Below, in pieces: positions 25,801 through 41,519 of a DNA stretch of 64,000 nt. Position numbers and translations under genes: made by a program. This DNA comes from the human T2T-CHM13v2.0 reference genome, Homo sapiens: NCBI RefSeq assembly GCF_009914755.1, contig NC_060939.1; one strand, given 5' to 3'. Position 1 is the stretch's first letter; the number at the start of each line of letters is the position of its first letter. The notes below the pieces were generated by a model, which saw only the letters and a program-made list of their open reading frames with translations, was not told where the DNA came from and did not search any database.

Positions 25801-28599
25801 CGCTGTACCAAAGGCTTAGGTCACTCCACTTGTTTGTTTCTGGTCAAACATGTGTTGACAATTGTGTGGATGCACACCTAGAATGTTTTGGAAAGATCTG
25901 TGAAAATATGGCAGTGACAAGATTTCCTTTTCCAATATGTTTTCCAAAGTAAAACACCAGACATTCATGATTCAACCCATGTCTGGGATTCTGCACGATC
26001 AAGTGCCCTCAGTATTTTAAGCTTTTGGATAATTCATAGCTATCATGTCTAAATTGTTCTGCTTGTTCTAAATTTGCCCTGCATGTGTACCTTTCAAGAT
26101 AAGTTCTTTCAGCTGATAAACTCCTGTTTTTAAATGCAAATGTGTTTTGAAATGTATCTGTTCCATCATTTCTCCCTCAAAATCATACTATAGCTGAATT
26201 ACTCAAAAGGAATTCTAGCAAAGCACACAACATTTTCGAGCATAAGCCTGTGATGCTTTTCATCTAAAAAGGTGACTAACAGCTTGCATAAGCTTATAAC
26301 CAGACTTAAAGCTTAAAATCCCTGTGGAGTTTGCAAAGGGCATTGCGAAAGCCAGCCAAACCTGGGAGACATAAATGTCTTTGCATGCTGACTTATCTAC
26401 CAGTCACGAAACCAGTCTGGTTTAAAATTGCTGTTATTCATTTCAGCTCCACAACCTTTATTTTCATGACAGTGAGTTGAAATAGCACTCTTACCTCTGT
26501 TAAGAAAAACAAGAAATGACTTCTATCTAACAAATGTTAATTAGGGCACACGATGTGGTGGAAAGAGTCATGAAGTGAGATGAAACCTGTGCACTGATAT
26601 GTGGCATCGGGTGGGTAATTATAAACATACACTTGAAAAAAAAATGAATGACATGGAGTCCCGGGTCCAGAATTAACCAGTTTTGTGGCCCTGGGGGAAG
26701 ACACTCTCCTCTCTAAGTTCATTTTCCTTGGACTCAGTGATTTCCTAAGATTCCTTCTCACTTCGCAGTCTCAAATTTAAAATCAGATCTTAATTATGTA
26801 CTAAGTAAATATAGCATACTTAATTTGAAGGATGGCATACTGATAAAGATAGTTAAGAAGATGACAAGGCAGCATGGAAATTAGTCGTTACATAATACAG
26901 AACACAAAATGTTGTTTATGATCTCCAAAACTACGTAAGATGCTGCATGCATTTGAACAAAAGCTGAAAGGAAAGAGCGGGCAAAGAAAACAGAGTGAGA
27001 TCACAGGTGGGTCACCTTTCCTTATATTTTGATGCCACTATTTGCTTTTTGTTTTATGTTTAAAAGCGATACTTTTAGGGAAGCATTTCTTCATGTTTTA
27101 TGGAAGAACTGTTTGCCTGGCAGTTTGCTGTCATTTATTTTCTCAGCTTCCAAAATAGTGTTAGCCAGGTTGATCTCGTTGCTATTTATGGACTGTGTTA
27201 CCTTCCAGAGCTCAATATTGTTTCCAAAGTTGTCACAGCAAGGCAGCCCCCATCCTCTCAGCCCAAACCCGCAACCACAGCCACGGGCTCTACCCTTGCT
27301 TTTCCCTACACTGCTGATGGGGAGAGGACAAATACTGAACAGAAAGGTCAAACTGGAGCACCTCAGGTGGGAAGGGACCCCAGAGTTTGTGCCATCCTTC
27401 CTCTGGGGTAGCCCATGTACTATCTACCTGGTTCATGAAGAAGCCCAGCTCTGCCCACTTTGATCCACCCCGAGGGCCTCTGCAGTGTGTCTCTGCTCCC
27501 CACTGTGGCAGCATTGGATTGAACCAGTGCCAAGCCCCTGACCCCAGATGGCCAGTCAGAGCCTCTTTCCTGGACATCTGAAATTGGGACTAAGAAAGAA
27601 CCTCTCTCGAGAAGGTAAAATCAAAAACGTGTCAGCACATCAGCTTGGGTGCTATGGGATAGGCTATTGCCATGTGGACTGTAAAAGCAGAGAAAGTTCT
27701 CATGAGGGGCAGCATGCCAGTGAGGAGAGAAAGTGTCTGGATGGCTTTTTGCACCCTGTTCCAGCCTCTTCCTGCGGGACTGCGGCAGCCTGTCCTTGGG
27801 TTCTGTGAAACAGACTGAATCCCTATAATGAAGTATTTTTTTGAGCTTAAGCTAAGGCAAGTTGGTTTATGTTACTTGCCATCAAAAGCGTTCTGATATA
27901 GCTTCCCTCCCTCCCTCAGTTAACTGAGGGACCCTCCGTCCCACATGCCACTGGAGGCCCTGTGTGACCCTAATGCCCTTCCTGGCCTCCCACTCCACAT
28001 TTCAGCCACGCTGGACCCCATGTGGCTGTGCCACAGGCCTCCTTACCTTGTGTCTCTGGGCTCTGCTAGCTGCTTTGCCTGAAATGTTCAGCAGCCCACT
28101 AATCTCCCTCTCCAGCCTCCCCAGGCAGGTAAAAAAATTCCTGGCTGCAGGGGCTGCTTACCTCCCTTGACTTTCAGCCTTGCATGTGATTAAAACACTC
28201 TAGACAGAGAGCTGCCTGGGATGCTGGGAACCACTCTTTCTAATCCATGCTAGCCAGAACAGGCTTTGAGCTTACAGAGAGCAGGTCCTCCCAGGGAAGC
28301 TGAGGGAGACAAACCTCCTTGCTGCAGCCTGAGATGATGTTGTACTCATTAGGTTTGGCTGCGTTCTTTGTTTATAAGGATTTCTTGTGCACCCAGGTTA
28401 AAGGCAGGCAGTGCTCAGCAGCCATGTGCTTACTGAGGAATCAACACCATAGTGCAAAAGTAGATGTGGGGACTTTTTACCTTCTAGGGCACAAGTGAAC
28501 GGAGAGAGGTTCTCCAGATATGCCTGGGTAAGAGGAAGACCTCACCCCCAAAAGATTGTCTGAAGAGCAGAAAATGTGCACATTTTAATCCCTGAGTTG

Positions 28600-28805
28600 A
28601 AAGGAATGGCAAATAATAACATTACACAGTGCCTACATATAGAGCATACACAGTGCTTCACAAAAGCCCTCTAACATCGGTGGTATTATTATCCCTGACT
28701 TAAAGAAAGTGAGGCACAGAGGTTAAGCAACTCGCTGAGGCTACAGAGGGACAAAGCGGGACTCTAGCTGCAAAGCTAGTCGGCCTGGCTCCAGTGACTG
28801 CCTCT
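28600..28805 (-). mobile_element. MIR
   Basis: ggtattattatccc...gaggcacagaggttaagcaactcgc. Confidence 0.7.
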
Positions 28806-28809
28806 AAGC

Positions 28810-29145
28810 CAGTGGTTCTCCAAGTGTGCTCCCTAGACCAGCAGCATCAGCGTTACTGAGAAGGCACTTGTTAAATGCAAATTCTTGGGCCGCAACCTAG
28901 ACCTAACTGAATCAGACACTCTGTTCTCAGAGCCCAGCAGTCTGGGTTTTAACAGGCCCTCTGGGGGACCCTGAGGCACACTCTGCACCCTCATTACTCA
29001 ATGCGGGACTCCGTCCGGTGGCATCGGCATTGCCAGGGAGCTTATTAGAAATGCAGACTCTCAGGCTCCACCCCAGACCTCACGAACTGGAATTTGCATT
29101 CTACCATCTCCAGGTGATTTGTATGCACATTAAAGTTTAAGAATT
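28810..29145. mobile_element. Two adjacent MER5 (MER5A/B) elements
   Basis: cagtggttctccaagtgtg...accagcagcatcagc; cttattagaaatgcagactctcaggctccaccccagacc. Confidence 0.75.
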
Positions 29146-29146
29146 A

Positions 29147-29507
<361 letters not shown>

Positions 29508-29509
29508 TT

Positions 29510-30063
29510 AAAGTCCAGAAGCGGAGGGGAGAGTGGAGAGATCCACTGTGAATTAAATTGACAAAACACAGATTGACAGGAGAAAAGGCATACAAATTGT
29601 GTTAGTATTTTTTCATTCTACATGCATGGGGGCTTCACAGAAAAGAAGTGAGAAACCCAAAGAATCAGTCAGGCCCAGGGTCTTATATATGATTCTAACA
29701 AAAGTTGATAAATTGTGGAGAAGTGACTAGACAAAGAAAAGAGGGCTGATAAAGTTTGGGAAATAGGAATAACAAATTGTGGGAAAGTGATGAGGAAATA
29801 TATGGGGGAAACTGATGAAAGATCAGGGTTATTTTAATAAGGTCTGTTTATGCAGAGTCATCCTGGTGCCAGCTCTTCATTTCCAATGATAAGGGTTGCA
29901 CACGTTATCGTGGTACAGAAGAGGGGAGGAAATTTATGCTCTGCTTTTAGGCAGATAACAAGAAAGTAGAGAAGTTTTCCTTTATCTGTTGATTCACAAT
30001 TGCTCAAAATAATCTTTACGCCAAAGTGGCATATTTTGGGGTGGCACATTCTAGACTCCTTCA
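29510..30063 (-). mobile_element. ERV1 solo LTR, MER34-group
   Basis: cagattgacaggagaaaaggcatacaaatt...gtggcatattttggggtggcacattctagactccttca. Confidence 0.65.
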
Positions 30064-31698
30064 TGAACAAGAAGCAAACAACCAGTATGGCTCACAACGG
30101 CAAAAAGGCCCAGCTTTGCAGCTTTCAGTACTACTACCACAGCAGTGAAATTGTCTAGTGGTGATTAGGATAGAAGTCATCATGCCCTATTGGCTCATAA
30201 TGATCACAGATTTATTTTCCAAATATTTCTGTGCAATATATACTTTTATAAATAATCAATTACCACAGCCCCTTGGAAGACTATCCATATTATGAAATAC
30301 GAACAACGTAACCTCTAAAATGATGCTGAGGTGGTTTACTTATTAACATGAAAAGTTTCTTGTCTGTGTATTAAGTGGGGGTAAACTCAAGTTACTTCTT
30401 ACATATTTCTTACAACTAGTTATAGATGGGTATGCAGGCAGACGACAGATTGATAAATGGTATAAATATACAAATACATACAAAGAGAGAACAGGAGAGC
30501 CAATAAGATGCTAACACTTGTTATATTTTGGAAGTAAGGGTTATAGCCATGTTTTATTTTCTTCTTTTGGCTTACATTTTCTAAATATTCTTCAATAAAC
30601 CTACCTTATTTTATGATAATGAAAAAAGTCTTTGCAAAAATCTTATGTAATATTTTAATTCACTCTACTCCTGGTTATATGATTTTTCTCAAAGAACCGT
30701 TTCATTCCTGTGTGTCTTTCTATTTTAACCATTTGGAGAGGACATCTCTGTAATGTTTAACAGAGTCCCTGCCCCTGAAATGGTCTGTACTGATCATAAT
30801 GAACAGTGCTGGTGTCACAGGTTTGTAACTCCAGACTTCATTATTGTACCGTGGTGTCCTCAGGTAATACTGAAGGGCTATAGCGCACTTTGCCTCTCAC
30901 TCAATGACCCCAGTTTGCTGTGCTCTTAGCTCTTGGATCTTACATCTGCTTAGTTTCAGCATCTTCAGGCAGTCCACATTATCTGTCAAAGCGTCTGCTG
31001 TTACATGCTCTCTCCTCTCTTCTAATCTGTGGCTTCCAAGATACTGAATCCTTAGAAATTAGAGGACCTCTATGATTATCACTGAATGTAAAGTAAGAGT
31101 AAGTATCTTCCAAGTCGAAGCTCAAGTAACTTTCCCAAGAGGAAGGCATGTGAGCTTTGGTACATGAGCTTCCCTCCGGTCTCAGCTGCACACAGCCTTT
31201 TTGGGTTTGTCTTCCGGTTCCTGAGTCTATTCTAAATTGGTGGAGTTGCTGGAGAGCAGAATTCTGAATACCTGAAGTGGCAGTGTTTCTCATGGCAAAT
31301 AGCTGCTTGATGAAGAAATCGCATGGCTCAGATGCTCTGGACATCTCCCTCCAAGAGAAGGAGGCCGCAGATGGCAAGAACAGAACCAACTGGGGTCCCC
31401 TCTACCCCCACCCCATCAAAGTGAGGTTATTTAGGGTTACCACCTGGCTACTAGATTTGCCAGATGGCAAGCCTGAGTAACTGCTCAGAAAGAGAAGAAC
31501 TGCCCAATCCATTACCCTCGCACAGCAGACACTGTTAATTTAACATGTGGTGGACATCATAGTACACAACATGGGGAATGAGGCGGCATAGAGCCGTCAT
31601 AAAGGCAGCCATCTGGGATCATGTTGGACAGCCCTGCTCACAGTGGCCATGGGAACAACCCAACTGAGTTTTGTGGGGGCAGGGATGAGGGCAAGGCG

Positions 31699-32449
31699 TT
31701 GGCAATGGGGGATGTGTGGAGAGTTGGGTGGGGGAGGCGGGAAACAGGGCATGTGCCCACCTGTGCCAATGGCCTCAGAACGGAAATGGTTTTGGCCACG
31801 GGAAAGCCAGTTGCTTCCGTCTCTGAGACATCACTGACTCCTGCCCAACCTCATCTTATTCTGAGTTTTTCTTCATTATTTTCAATTTTGATGAAAAAGT
31901 AATATTTTTCCACCAATTCAGGAAAAACAAACATATGACTAAAGGTCGTTTTGAATACTTTGATAGTACTAGTCCAACTCTGATAGTGACAAAAATGGCT
32001 TTCTCTTAGGAAATGGCTTGTGTGTCTGGTGGGGTGAGGGCAGGGCAGGGAGGGTTCATGCACTTTGCCTCTCCTCTCGAACCAGCTTGTGACAGAAAAG
32101 CTCCAACAGGTCCCAGCAGGGCTGTCAGTTGTGGGGCTGATAGACACAGGACTTTGGCACCACAGAGAGTGATGCCCAGAAAGAAAAGCAAGTAAACCGG
32201 ACTGTGCCCCGTGTGAGGCATGGTAAGCTACATGGGGACAGGAAGCTTCTTGTCATCATTCAGATCCCTTTATGTTGCCTCTCATTCCCCACAGTGCCCA
32301 GCTGCCCATGCTGGGACATGAAGAGGGAGATGGAAGCAGCTGGGTTTCAGCAGCCAAAACGATCTCAGTTCTGAGGCCAGTAGTACATGTGGACACACGC
32401 CCTGCTTCCTGCCTCCCCCACCCAACTCTCCACATCCCCATGCTGCCAA
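31699..32449. repeat. Inverted duplication, arms 31699-31823 and 32327-32449
   Basis: ~125-bp arms, roughly 80% identical by eye; mirrored ORF peptides WRVGWGRRETGHVPTCANGLRTEMVLA and WRVGWGRQEAGRVSTCTTGLRTEIVLA. Confidence 0.9.
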
Positions 32450-34599
32450 GATCAAGCAGTCTGTTTTATGTCCGTGGTAGTAAATTCATGCAGGCATCAA
32501 GTATTTACTAGATTAAGACCAGCTTCATTCTGCGTCTTTAACCCTGCTCTTCAGACCCTGAGTACTTTGCATGACTTAACTTCTGAAACATCAGTTGGGG
32601 TGGGGGACGCTCCTGTGACCCAATGTAAGGAGCTGTCACCATTCCTGCTGCTCTCTAAGGAATGTCCTCAGCCAAGAACTGTCTTATGTCCTCCTCAAGG
32701 CCGTGCCCATTACTGCCATGACTGTCACATGGAAGGAGAGGCAGTAGCTTAGGAGTGAAAATGAAGAAGACTCTTCACCTGTGTTTTAGAACAAATATAA
32801 AGAAATAAACCAAAAACACCATGGAGAATTCCACATACATTACATTTTTATCACACTTTTCTATTGCCCTGTACATTTGTAGCTCATCTACAATGCACAA
32901 TAACCCTGGGAGCCCAGAACCTGGGGTGGCCCTTGGCATATGAGGAGACTGGGGTACAAAGGCTCCTGGATCACAGAAAGAGTGGGAGACAGAGCAGGTC
33001 TCGAATTCCTGCTTCTGACTGGGGTGCCTGTTCTCTCTACAGCAAACCCCACTGCTTGCGCCCATGTATTGCCTTCTATCAAAATGTTCTTTGCCGCTCC
33101 TCATCTTGGCTGTGCCCTCTTCGTTGACCCCATACTCTCATTTTATTTTCATCAGCATTATACCATATGTGTCTCAGTTCTTAAATGTTGTGTTCATCAC
33201 TCATTAAATCACAGAGAGCAATAACATCTCAGTCTCATAGTCTGATGTTTTCTAGCTCCTGGGCAACTGGTCTTGCTCCAAAATAATCCCCTTTGGTGAG
33301 GAACCTACAATGAGTCTTTCTCAGATGCCAAGGTGCCCGCTTCTAGTGGTGTCGTGTCACACATCCAGGGTGGCATGGAGCAAAGCAAGACAAAAACCAG
33401 GGAGAGCTTCATGTCAGACACCTAGCATCAAGTGGCAGTCCCATGAGTCTAACTGGGAGAGGCCAAAAGTTGACAAGACCCATGGGGGATGCCATAAAAT
33501 GTGAGTCACAGATGAAGAGATGGGAAAGTAGATGATATTACAAGGGGCAAGCCTGAAAGAAGCAAGCCATTTCCTGGTTTATTTGGCACAAGGAAGCCTT
33601 TAAAGGGTCCAGGTAAGACTGTCTCCTTTTGCTCCCCAGTGTCTCAAAGGCACCACCTGTCACCTGGCGGATGACTGACTCGGCAGCCTGAGAGTTCACG
33701 GGGGGCCAGCCTGCCTTGGACACAGCCCTGTTGAGTGAAGCCAAGGCATCTCACACAAGAGTGATAGGTTAAAGCCAACAGATGTCTTCACACCCTACAT
33801 CATAGAGAAAGTCGGGCTGAGAGAGGAATAATTGACAGTGTCCCTGATCAAAACAGACATCTTGTCACAGCATATTTAGTGGAAAATACATAGGAAACAA
33901 ATGCTAAATTCTCCATCCAGGCTGCAGTACCTAATATACCACTGCCAAGAAGAAAGCATTTAATAAAATCCTTTAAGTTTTATCTAGAGTAGATGCAATA
34001 TGGAGCAATTAGTCAGACAGCAAGCTCATGGTGCAGTGCAAACAAAGCTGGTATAGACAAACAGGCACGGCACAGTAATCCAACAAATATGTAATGAGCA
34101 CACCTACTATGTGCCAGACACCAAGCTAGGTTCTGACATCACACCAAAGCTGTTCTTTAAAGCTTCCAAAGCAAGTTCACGTACACACTCAAATCTGATT
34201 CTCACAAAACCAAGTGACGTAAGGGGTTATTATCCTATCTGCACTCTGCAGATGAGTAAACTGATGCTCACTGGGGTCAGAGGAATGATCCCAGTCATAA
34301 GACTAAGGCTTAGTATATCATCAGTCCATGACCATCTGTACTTTTCCGCAATGGGCAAGAATCTCAAAAAATAGAAAACGGAGAGTCAGAGAACATCTTG
34401 AGATGGAAGTCTCCCAATGTGTGAATTTCACTAGTTTTTAATAGTTCTAGATGTCACCCAAAGGCGACTTGTCTTCATGCCCCTGAATACCTACGTAATT
34501 TTTCTTACTTGTGCCAAAAGCCTGATCCTCAACTCTGTACTCGCTCTACCTCAGATGTCTCTGCATTTTGCCTTCTATACTTTTTGTTGGGAAGGGTAA

Positions 34600-35643
34600 T
34601 GTATTAGTAAGGACATGTTCAGTTTCAAGCAAGAGAAAACCCAACTAACAAAGACTTAAGCAATAAAGACATTTAATTATCTTATATAACAAAAGATGTG
34701 AATGCAGGCAATTCCAGAGATGGCACCTTAGCTCAAAATTGTCATGAAACAAACAAGACCTTCCTTTCTTTCCACTCTACCATCCTTAGACTTGTTGCCT
34801 CGTGGCTATAAAATGGCTGCTACAGCTCTAGTCTAGTGTTCTCAGAGGTCTGTGGCCAAAGGCATATCCCAGTCACATGACCACTCCAGCAGCAAGGGTA
34901 GCTAGGAAAGCAAGAATCCAGTATTTGTGACCTTCATAGTGGGTGTGTGGTGCTGTGCATAAGGAAAAAAGTCAAGAGGGTTATTGGATAACTAATCCAC
35001 CCCTTCTACCATAGGTAACTTTCTGATTCCTGGTCAGGGTCAGAGCTGAAAACGAATTCCTCTTGAACAGAAATATGGATTGGATTTCTTGACACTATAT
35101 ATCTGTTGCTCTACTCGTTTGCTATTGCTGCAAAATAAATAACCACAGACTTAGCAGCTTAAGACAATGCCCACTTAGATTCTCACAGTTCTATATAGGT
35201 CAGAAGTCCAGGAAGGCTTGAGTGGGTTCTCTGCTCATGTACTTACAAGGCTAGAATCAAAGTGTTAGCAGGGCTAACCTCTCATCTAGAGACTTGGGAA
35301 GAATTCACTTCCACACCCAATCAGGTTGTGAGCAAAATTCAGCTCCTTGCAATTGTAGGACTGAGGTCTCCATGGCCTTGCTGGCTGTCAACCAGGGACT
35401 AGTCTCAATGCCAAAGGCCACTCTCAGTCCTGGTACCTGGCACCCTCCATCTTCAAAGTCAGCAATGATGTACTGAATCCTTTTCATACTTTGAATCTCT
35501 CTGACTTCCCCACTTCTGCCACTAGCCAAAGAGGGCTCATGTGATTAGATAATAATATAGATAATAAGCCTTTTGCCATACTCATGGATGTGACACCAGA
35601 GGGTAAAGATCATAAGACCATCTTAAAATTTTACCTACCACAG
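34600..35643 (-). mobile_element. Old MaLR LTRs (MLT1 family), two elements
   Basis: aaaatggctgctacagct; tattgctgcaaaataaataaccacagacttagcagcttaa...tctcacagttct...cctaccaca. Confidence 0.65.
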
Positions 35644-35844
35644 TTACCACTAAAAAATATGTAATTAGGACTTATTCCTGGAGTTCAGGATAGGGTCAAG
35701 TTTCCCTGAATCATGACAGGGACAGGTGGACTGCCAATCAAAAGTAGGACTCTGCAAGTGAAAAGTTAAAGGAGAGAAGGGCTGTTGGGTGGGCAAAAAA
35801 GAGTGTCTGATTTAATTTTTTTCTGTGAAATTGAGTTATTAACC

Positions 35845-36592
35845 TGTCAACATAAATTCACAGAGCTATAATATGGGAGAGGAGAGGTTTGTTTTTTATA
35901 AAGGGTTGCAGCCTGCAGGCTGGAAATCCCACAGGCTTGGAAGCACAGCCTCCAGCAGAAACCAAAAGCAGGCACTTTGAGGGAGGAAAGAGTAGAACAG
36001 GAATGTGTGATGAACGGGTTAGCTAAGTACACATATTCAACAGGTTATAGGAAGAGCTATGAATATTCCCGAAGGCAGGTACACACATGCCTAGTAAACA
36101 AACATGCATGTTACATGCGTCCCATGTTCACTTTGGGGTACAGACTTAACATTTAAATTCCTTGCAATTAGGTCCTATAGGTCAAATGGTGAAGCAGGGG
36201 ACAGGAAGGCACTCTGTGCAAGCCTCTGTAAACTGGCCAGAACCAGTCTATGGTCAGTGGACTCTTAACCAGGAGAAAGTTACTGAAATCAGTCTCTTAT
36301 CCAATCAAAGTAGTAGTTATGGCTTGCAGAAAAGGGGTAGGGAGATGGATGAGTTAGTGTCTGGTGGTTGGTGAGCTGCAATTATTTCAATATTGCTTCT
36401 CCAGAGGCCAGTGCTTATTTAGCGGCTAGAGAAAAAGAAAAACCTTGCAGCTATTAGAACCTAGTTTATTCTTTAAGTGTTGGGATGTGTGACTTAACCC
36501 TACCCTGGCATGGCCTTGGGTCTTGTTTATAATTTAGTATCTTTTTGCCACAAAGAGTCCATTCCGTCATTCTTATGATCTCTATTTTAACA
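35845..36592 (-). mobile_element. ERV1 (MER4-group) solo LTR, subfamily uncertain
   Basis: TG...CA ends; aaagggttgcagcctgcagg; catgcatgttacatgcgtcccatgttcactttgggg. Confidence 0.7.
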
Positions 36593-38795
36593 CCCCTAAT
36601 TTAGTTAAACAGTAGAACATCATCTAGCTGGTGAAAATTATTTTTTTATAAGAACATAATGTATAAAAACCACTGATCAGGACAAGGATCCCTGCTTCAT
36701 TTAACTTTCCCGTCCTCTCCCTCCACCCTCACTATCCCCACCCCATCTCCTCAGCCTGCACCACGCTCCCCCACGGACTATGAAGAATGCAGACTCACAG
36801 GGAGTTTCATAGTGTTTTCTTGCAAAAGTACTGAGTATAGCCAGATTTCTCATGTGGATTTTTCACTGGTTTGTTTCTGTTAGGCAAAACGGAAGGACAA
36901 GGGTTGATGGAGAAGGGAGGCACATCTCATACAGCTTCCTCACAGCAGGTCCTAACACTGTCCATTGTGTTTAGAATGAGCCTTTATGTGGCTTTCCATG
37001 GGTTTCTGGTGAAAAATCACAACCCTCTCTGAGACGGAGATGCCCCATCACCTGTTCTTTCACTGCATTATTTTCTGTTTCACTGCCTCAAACCAGACTC
37101 AGACCTCCAGTGCTCTTTATTTCAATTACTTTTACCTGTTTTATGACATCTATTTGGGTTTAACTTTTGGTTCCTCCACCAAAAAGTCTGAAATTCCAGG
37201 TCAGAGTTCTCCAAGGAGCTTATATGTGTTTGCACAAACATGTGGAAATCCTTAGGAACTACCAATTATCAACCACTCAGAACTCAGTGCCTTGGTATTT
37301 TTTGCTGTTGTGGAGGCTTGTGTTTACCTTTTATTTTAAGCACTTTCCAGCCCATCCTCTTGAAGCACCTGGCCTTACCAGGGGCCTTGCTCATTTGTTC
37401 TTGCTGCCTCCTCCATTCAGAAGACCCATCAATCAGTGTCTGAAACAAGGACCTTCTGTGTAGAATCAAAAGCCACCACATCACAGCTGAAGGCAACAGA
37501 ATGCAGTGGGCATTGTTGTTTGTACACAGGCCTTCGTCTCTTTCAGAAGTGTCTCTGTTTGAAATGAATGAGGCAGACAAGAGTGTGGCTTCAAAAGCAA
37601 CTCTCCCCCTCTGGGCTTTGCTTATTGAAAGTCCTGTGAGCACTGTTACTAGAAAGTAAAGAGAATAAAAGGCAAACCTGAGGCAGGCTACAGGTTCCCA
37701 GGCAAGGCAGTCACATCCAGCCTCAGCCAGGCAGTACCGCCAGTCATTGGCCTTCACTTTGTCTATTTGAGTTTGCAAGGTTAACATGAAAGAGGCTGTT
37801 TATTTTCTCCCAACGATTATGCTTAAAAATTACATGAACTTCCCTCACCGAGACCCTTGCCCAGATGTACAACAGGCTTCTCTCTCTGCCGGTACCTCTT
37901 AAGGGTGTCATTGCTGATGGAACTAGAGCTACCTTCACTACTGTTGCCATGGTTACACTTTCTGTACCAGAAAATTGGCTGATCCTTGGCCCAGCTCTCC
38001 CACCTGGCTATCATCTCCTCTGCAGCAGGAGGCCTCCTTATTCCCTGATCTATTTTGTGTTTGGCTGGAAGATTGGCGAGCACATAGTTTTCCATGGTAC
38101 TCATGACCCTTCTGTAAACTCTTAATGACCCTAATGTTGATTAGGACCCAAAGTCTTGGGCCAGTGGAAAAGTTAAAACAAAGTTCAAGACTCATATAGA
38201 TGATGATCCCAATAATCATCTACATGGCTTGAGAATCATCACCTCCATCTTTTGTCTGCAGAGGGTTTGCAATGAGAGCTAGAGAGTTCAGAGCCAAATA
38301 TCTGGCCCATCACTGGGAAGTATAAAAGACTGTACAACATATATTTGAAGTGTAATTTCATTTATCAATTCACTATATTTTTCCCATCCTTTTTTCCTAC
38401 TTAATTTTCCTCTTAATGTCTTGCATTGTTTTTATCTTTTAAAAGTGCTTTAAATTCTTTTGAAGCAAAACTAAATATAAGGAAAACATAGGCATAATCA
38501 TCAAAAATCCATTGGATTCTTGCTATTATGAGGGGAGGGGGAAAAGTACAAAGGTTTTTCTGTCCAAAAAGAGACAATTCACTTAATGCAAAGTACCTGG
38601 AACATATTCTGTGTAAAATCAAATCGAATAATTTTATATATATTTTCTTTTGAAAAAAATACACGATTAGATTCAAGAAAAATTGAATTTCTGGTACAAA
38701 GGAGGAATAAGGACATGGCCTTCCTAATCCAAGAAGCTCCATGAATAACTAGGGGCCTGCTTTCTTTCACACAAGAAAGCTGGGTAGTACTTTCA

Positions 38796-39245
<450 letters not shown>

Positions 39246-39547
39246 TTATGCCTGCATGCTAAATAAATTCACAGATAATCTTCAAATTAACCTGGGTAGA
39301 AATGATTTAGCAATACTGAGAAAAGTGGATGCTATCAAGGGTGTTAGTTATTTTAATCCTCTTGACAACACTTTTAGATATTTTTATCTCCAGTTGTTTT
39401 TCAGATGAGATTGAGGAAGATTAAGTAATTTGTGCAAGACCACATAACGAGCAAGTGAAAGACCCAGGACTTGAGCCCAAGGCTTTCTAATTGTAAAAGT
39501 AGAATCTATCCCCTCAGTCTACTCCATTGTTGCCCAAGCTAATGTTA

Positions 39548-40036
<489 letters not shown>

Positions 40037-40537
40037 CTACAGCATCCTCTGAGGGATCAAATAAAAGCCATCAGATTTGAAGTTCATGCAACTAAAAATA
40101 AATCAGGTCAGTCTGGAGCATATCAGATTATGATATTATAGACTATTCTTCAGTTTGGTAATATAGAATTGTCTGATTTAAGGTTTTCTGGATCTTAAAA
40201 TACCAAGAACATTTGAAAAGTTAAAAATGGGTTCCAATTTAAACCTCAGACTTTTTTTTAGCTTTCCTCACTGCCTCTGATCCTGAGGAGCAGAAGTGAA
40301 TGTGAACGCACTTTGAATTCCTAGCAGCTTTCACTGATGCAGAGGTTCCAGCTGTACAGGGGCTGGAGGACTGCTGAGGAGAACAACAAGCTGAGAATCA
40401 GTCCTCATCTCTGGTTGCCCCCCACCCCACCCTCATTGCCTTTCATTGGATGAGCAAGTCACACAATCCAGGAAGTGGAAAATCTATCATCGCTTGGTTG
40501 GTTTTTCTTAGTTTCAGTTTTTCCACGCCTGATGAGA

Positions 40538-40646
40538 ATTGCCAAGGCACAGCAAAGCCTGCAGCTTCCATACCCGTCATGAGAGCAAATAACTTATTTG
40601 TAAACCTAAGCACTTAATTAACTAAATGGAAAGCAAGGCAGTGAGT
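40538..40646 (+). promoter_or_regulatory. LIPC: Candidate upstream LIPC non-coding exon and liver regulatory element (~-21.4 kb)
   Basis: Unique sequence; donor GCA|GTGAGT at 40640/41; forkhead palindrome CAAATAACTTATTTG; start coordinate estimated from my recollection of the annotated long-isoform start. Confidence 0.4.
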
Positions 40647-41181
40647 GATTCCTGACATGGCCGAATTTAAGTCAAGCTGTGAAGCTCCAGGTGCAGCCAG
40701 AAATGGAGATGGACAACTTGAACTGAACCCTGAGAGCTTCTAAAAAGGCTTTGGACCACTGCTTCTCAGCAGTTTTTCTTGTAAGTTATTCCCATTATCT
40801 CAAAGAAAAATTTAAAATATGGTTGGAGAAACGTATAGAACTGATTATCCCCATTTTGAGCATAGATCATCGTTTAACCAACTTGCTTTCTAACTGCCAA
40901 GAAACTTGCTTTGGATGGTATTTCCAGACATAATGTCTATCATAGCAAATATTGACAATTGCATTTTACAAATAATCAGTTTAATATGCTTTAATATGCT
41001 TCTATTTCTGATTGCTCTTGATCTCATTTAATCTTCGAAGCAACTCTATCACGTTGGTGTGCTTATTAACATTATTTTACAGATAAAGACGCCTGTAAGT
41101 AGCTTCCTCACAGGGTATTTAAGGAACTTGTAGAAAGTCCACAGCTAGTAGCTGGGAGCCCATCTCATATCAATACACTAG

Positions 41182-41519
<338 letters not shown>

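Noticed and set aside
31621-32441. Paralogous small proteins on opposite strands
   Set aside because: The peptide similarity follows from the DNA inverted duplication; frame breaks at the edges give no sign of coding constraint
37284-37787. Longest ORF in the window (167 aa)
   Set aside because: No recognisable family, non-ATG start and no splice context; consistent with a chance ORF
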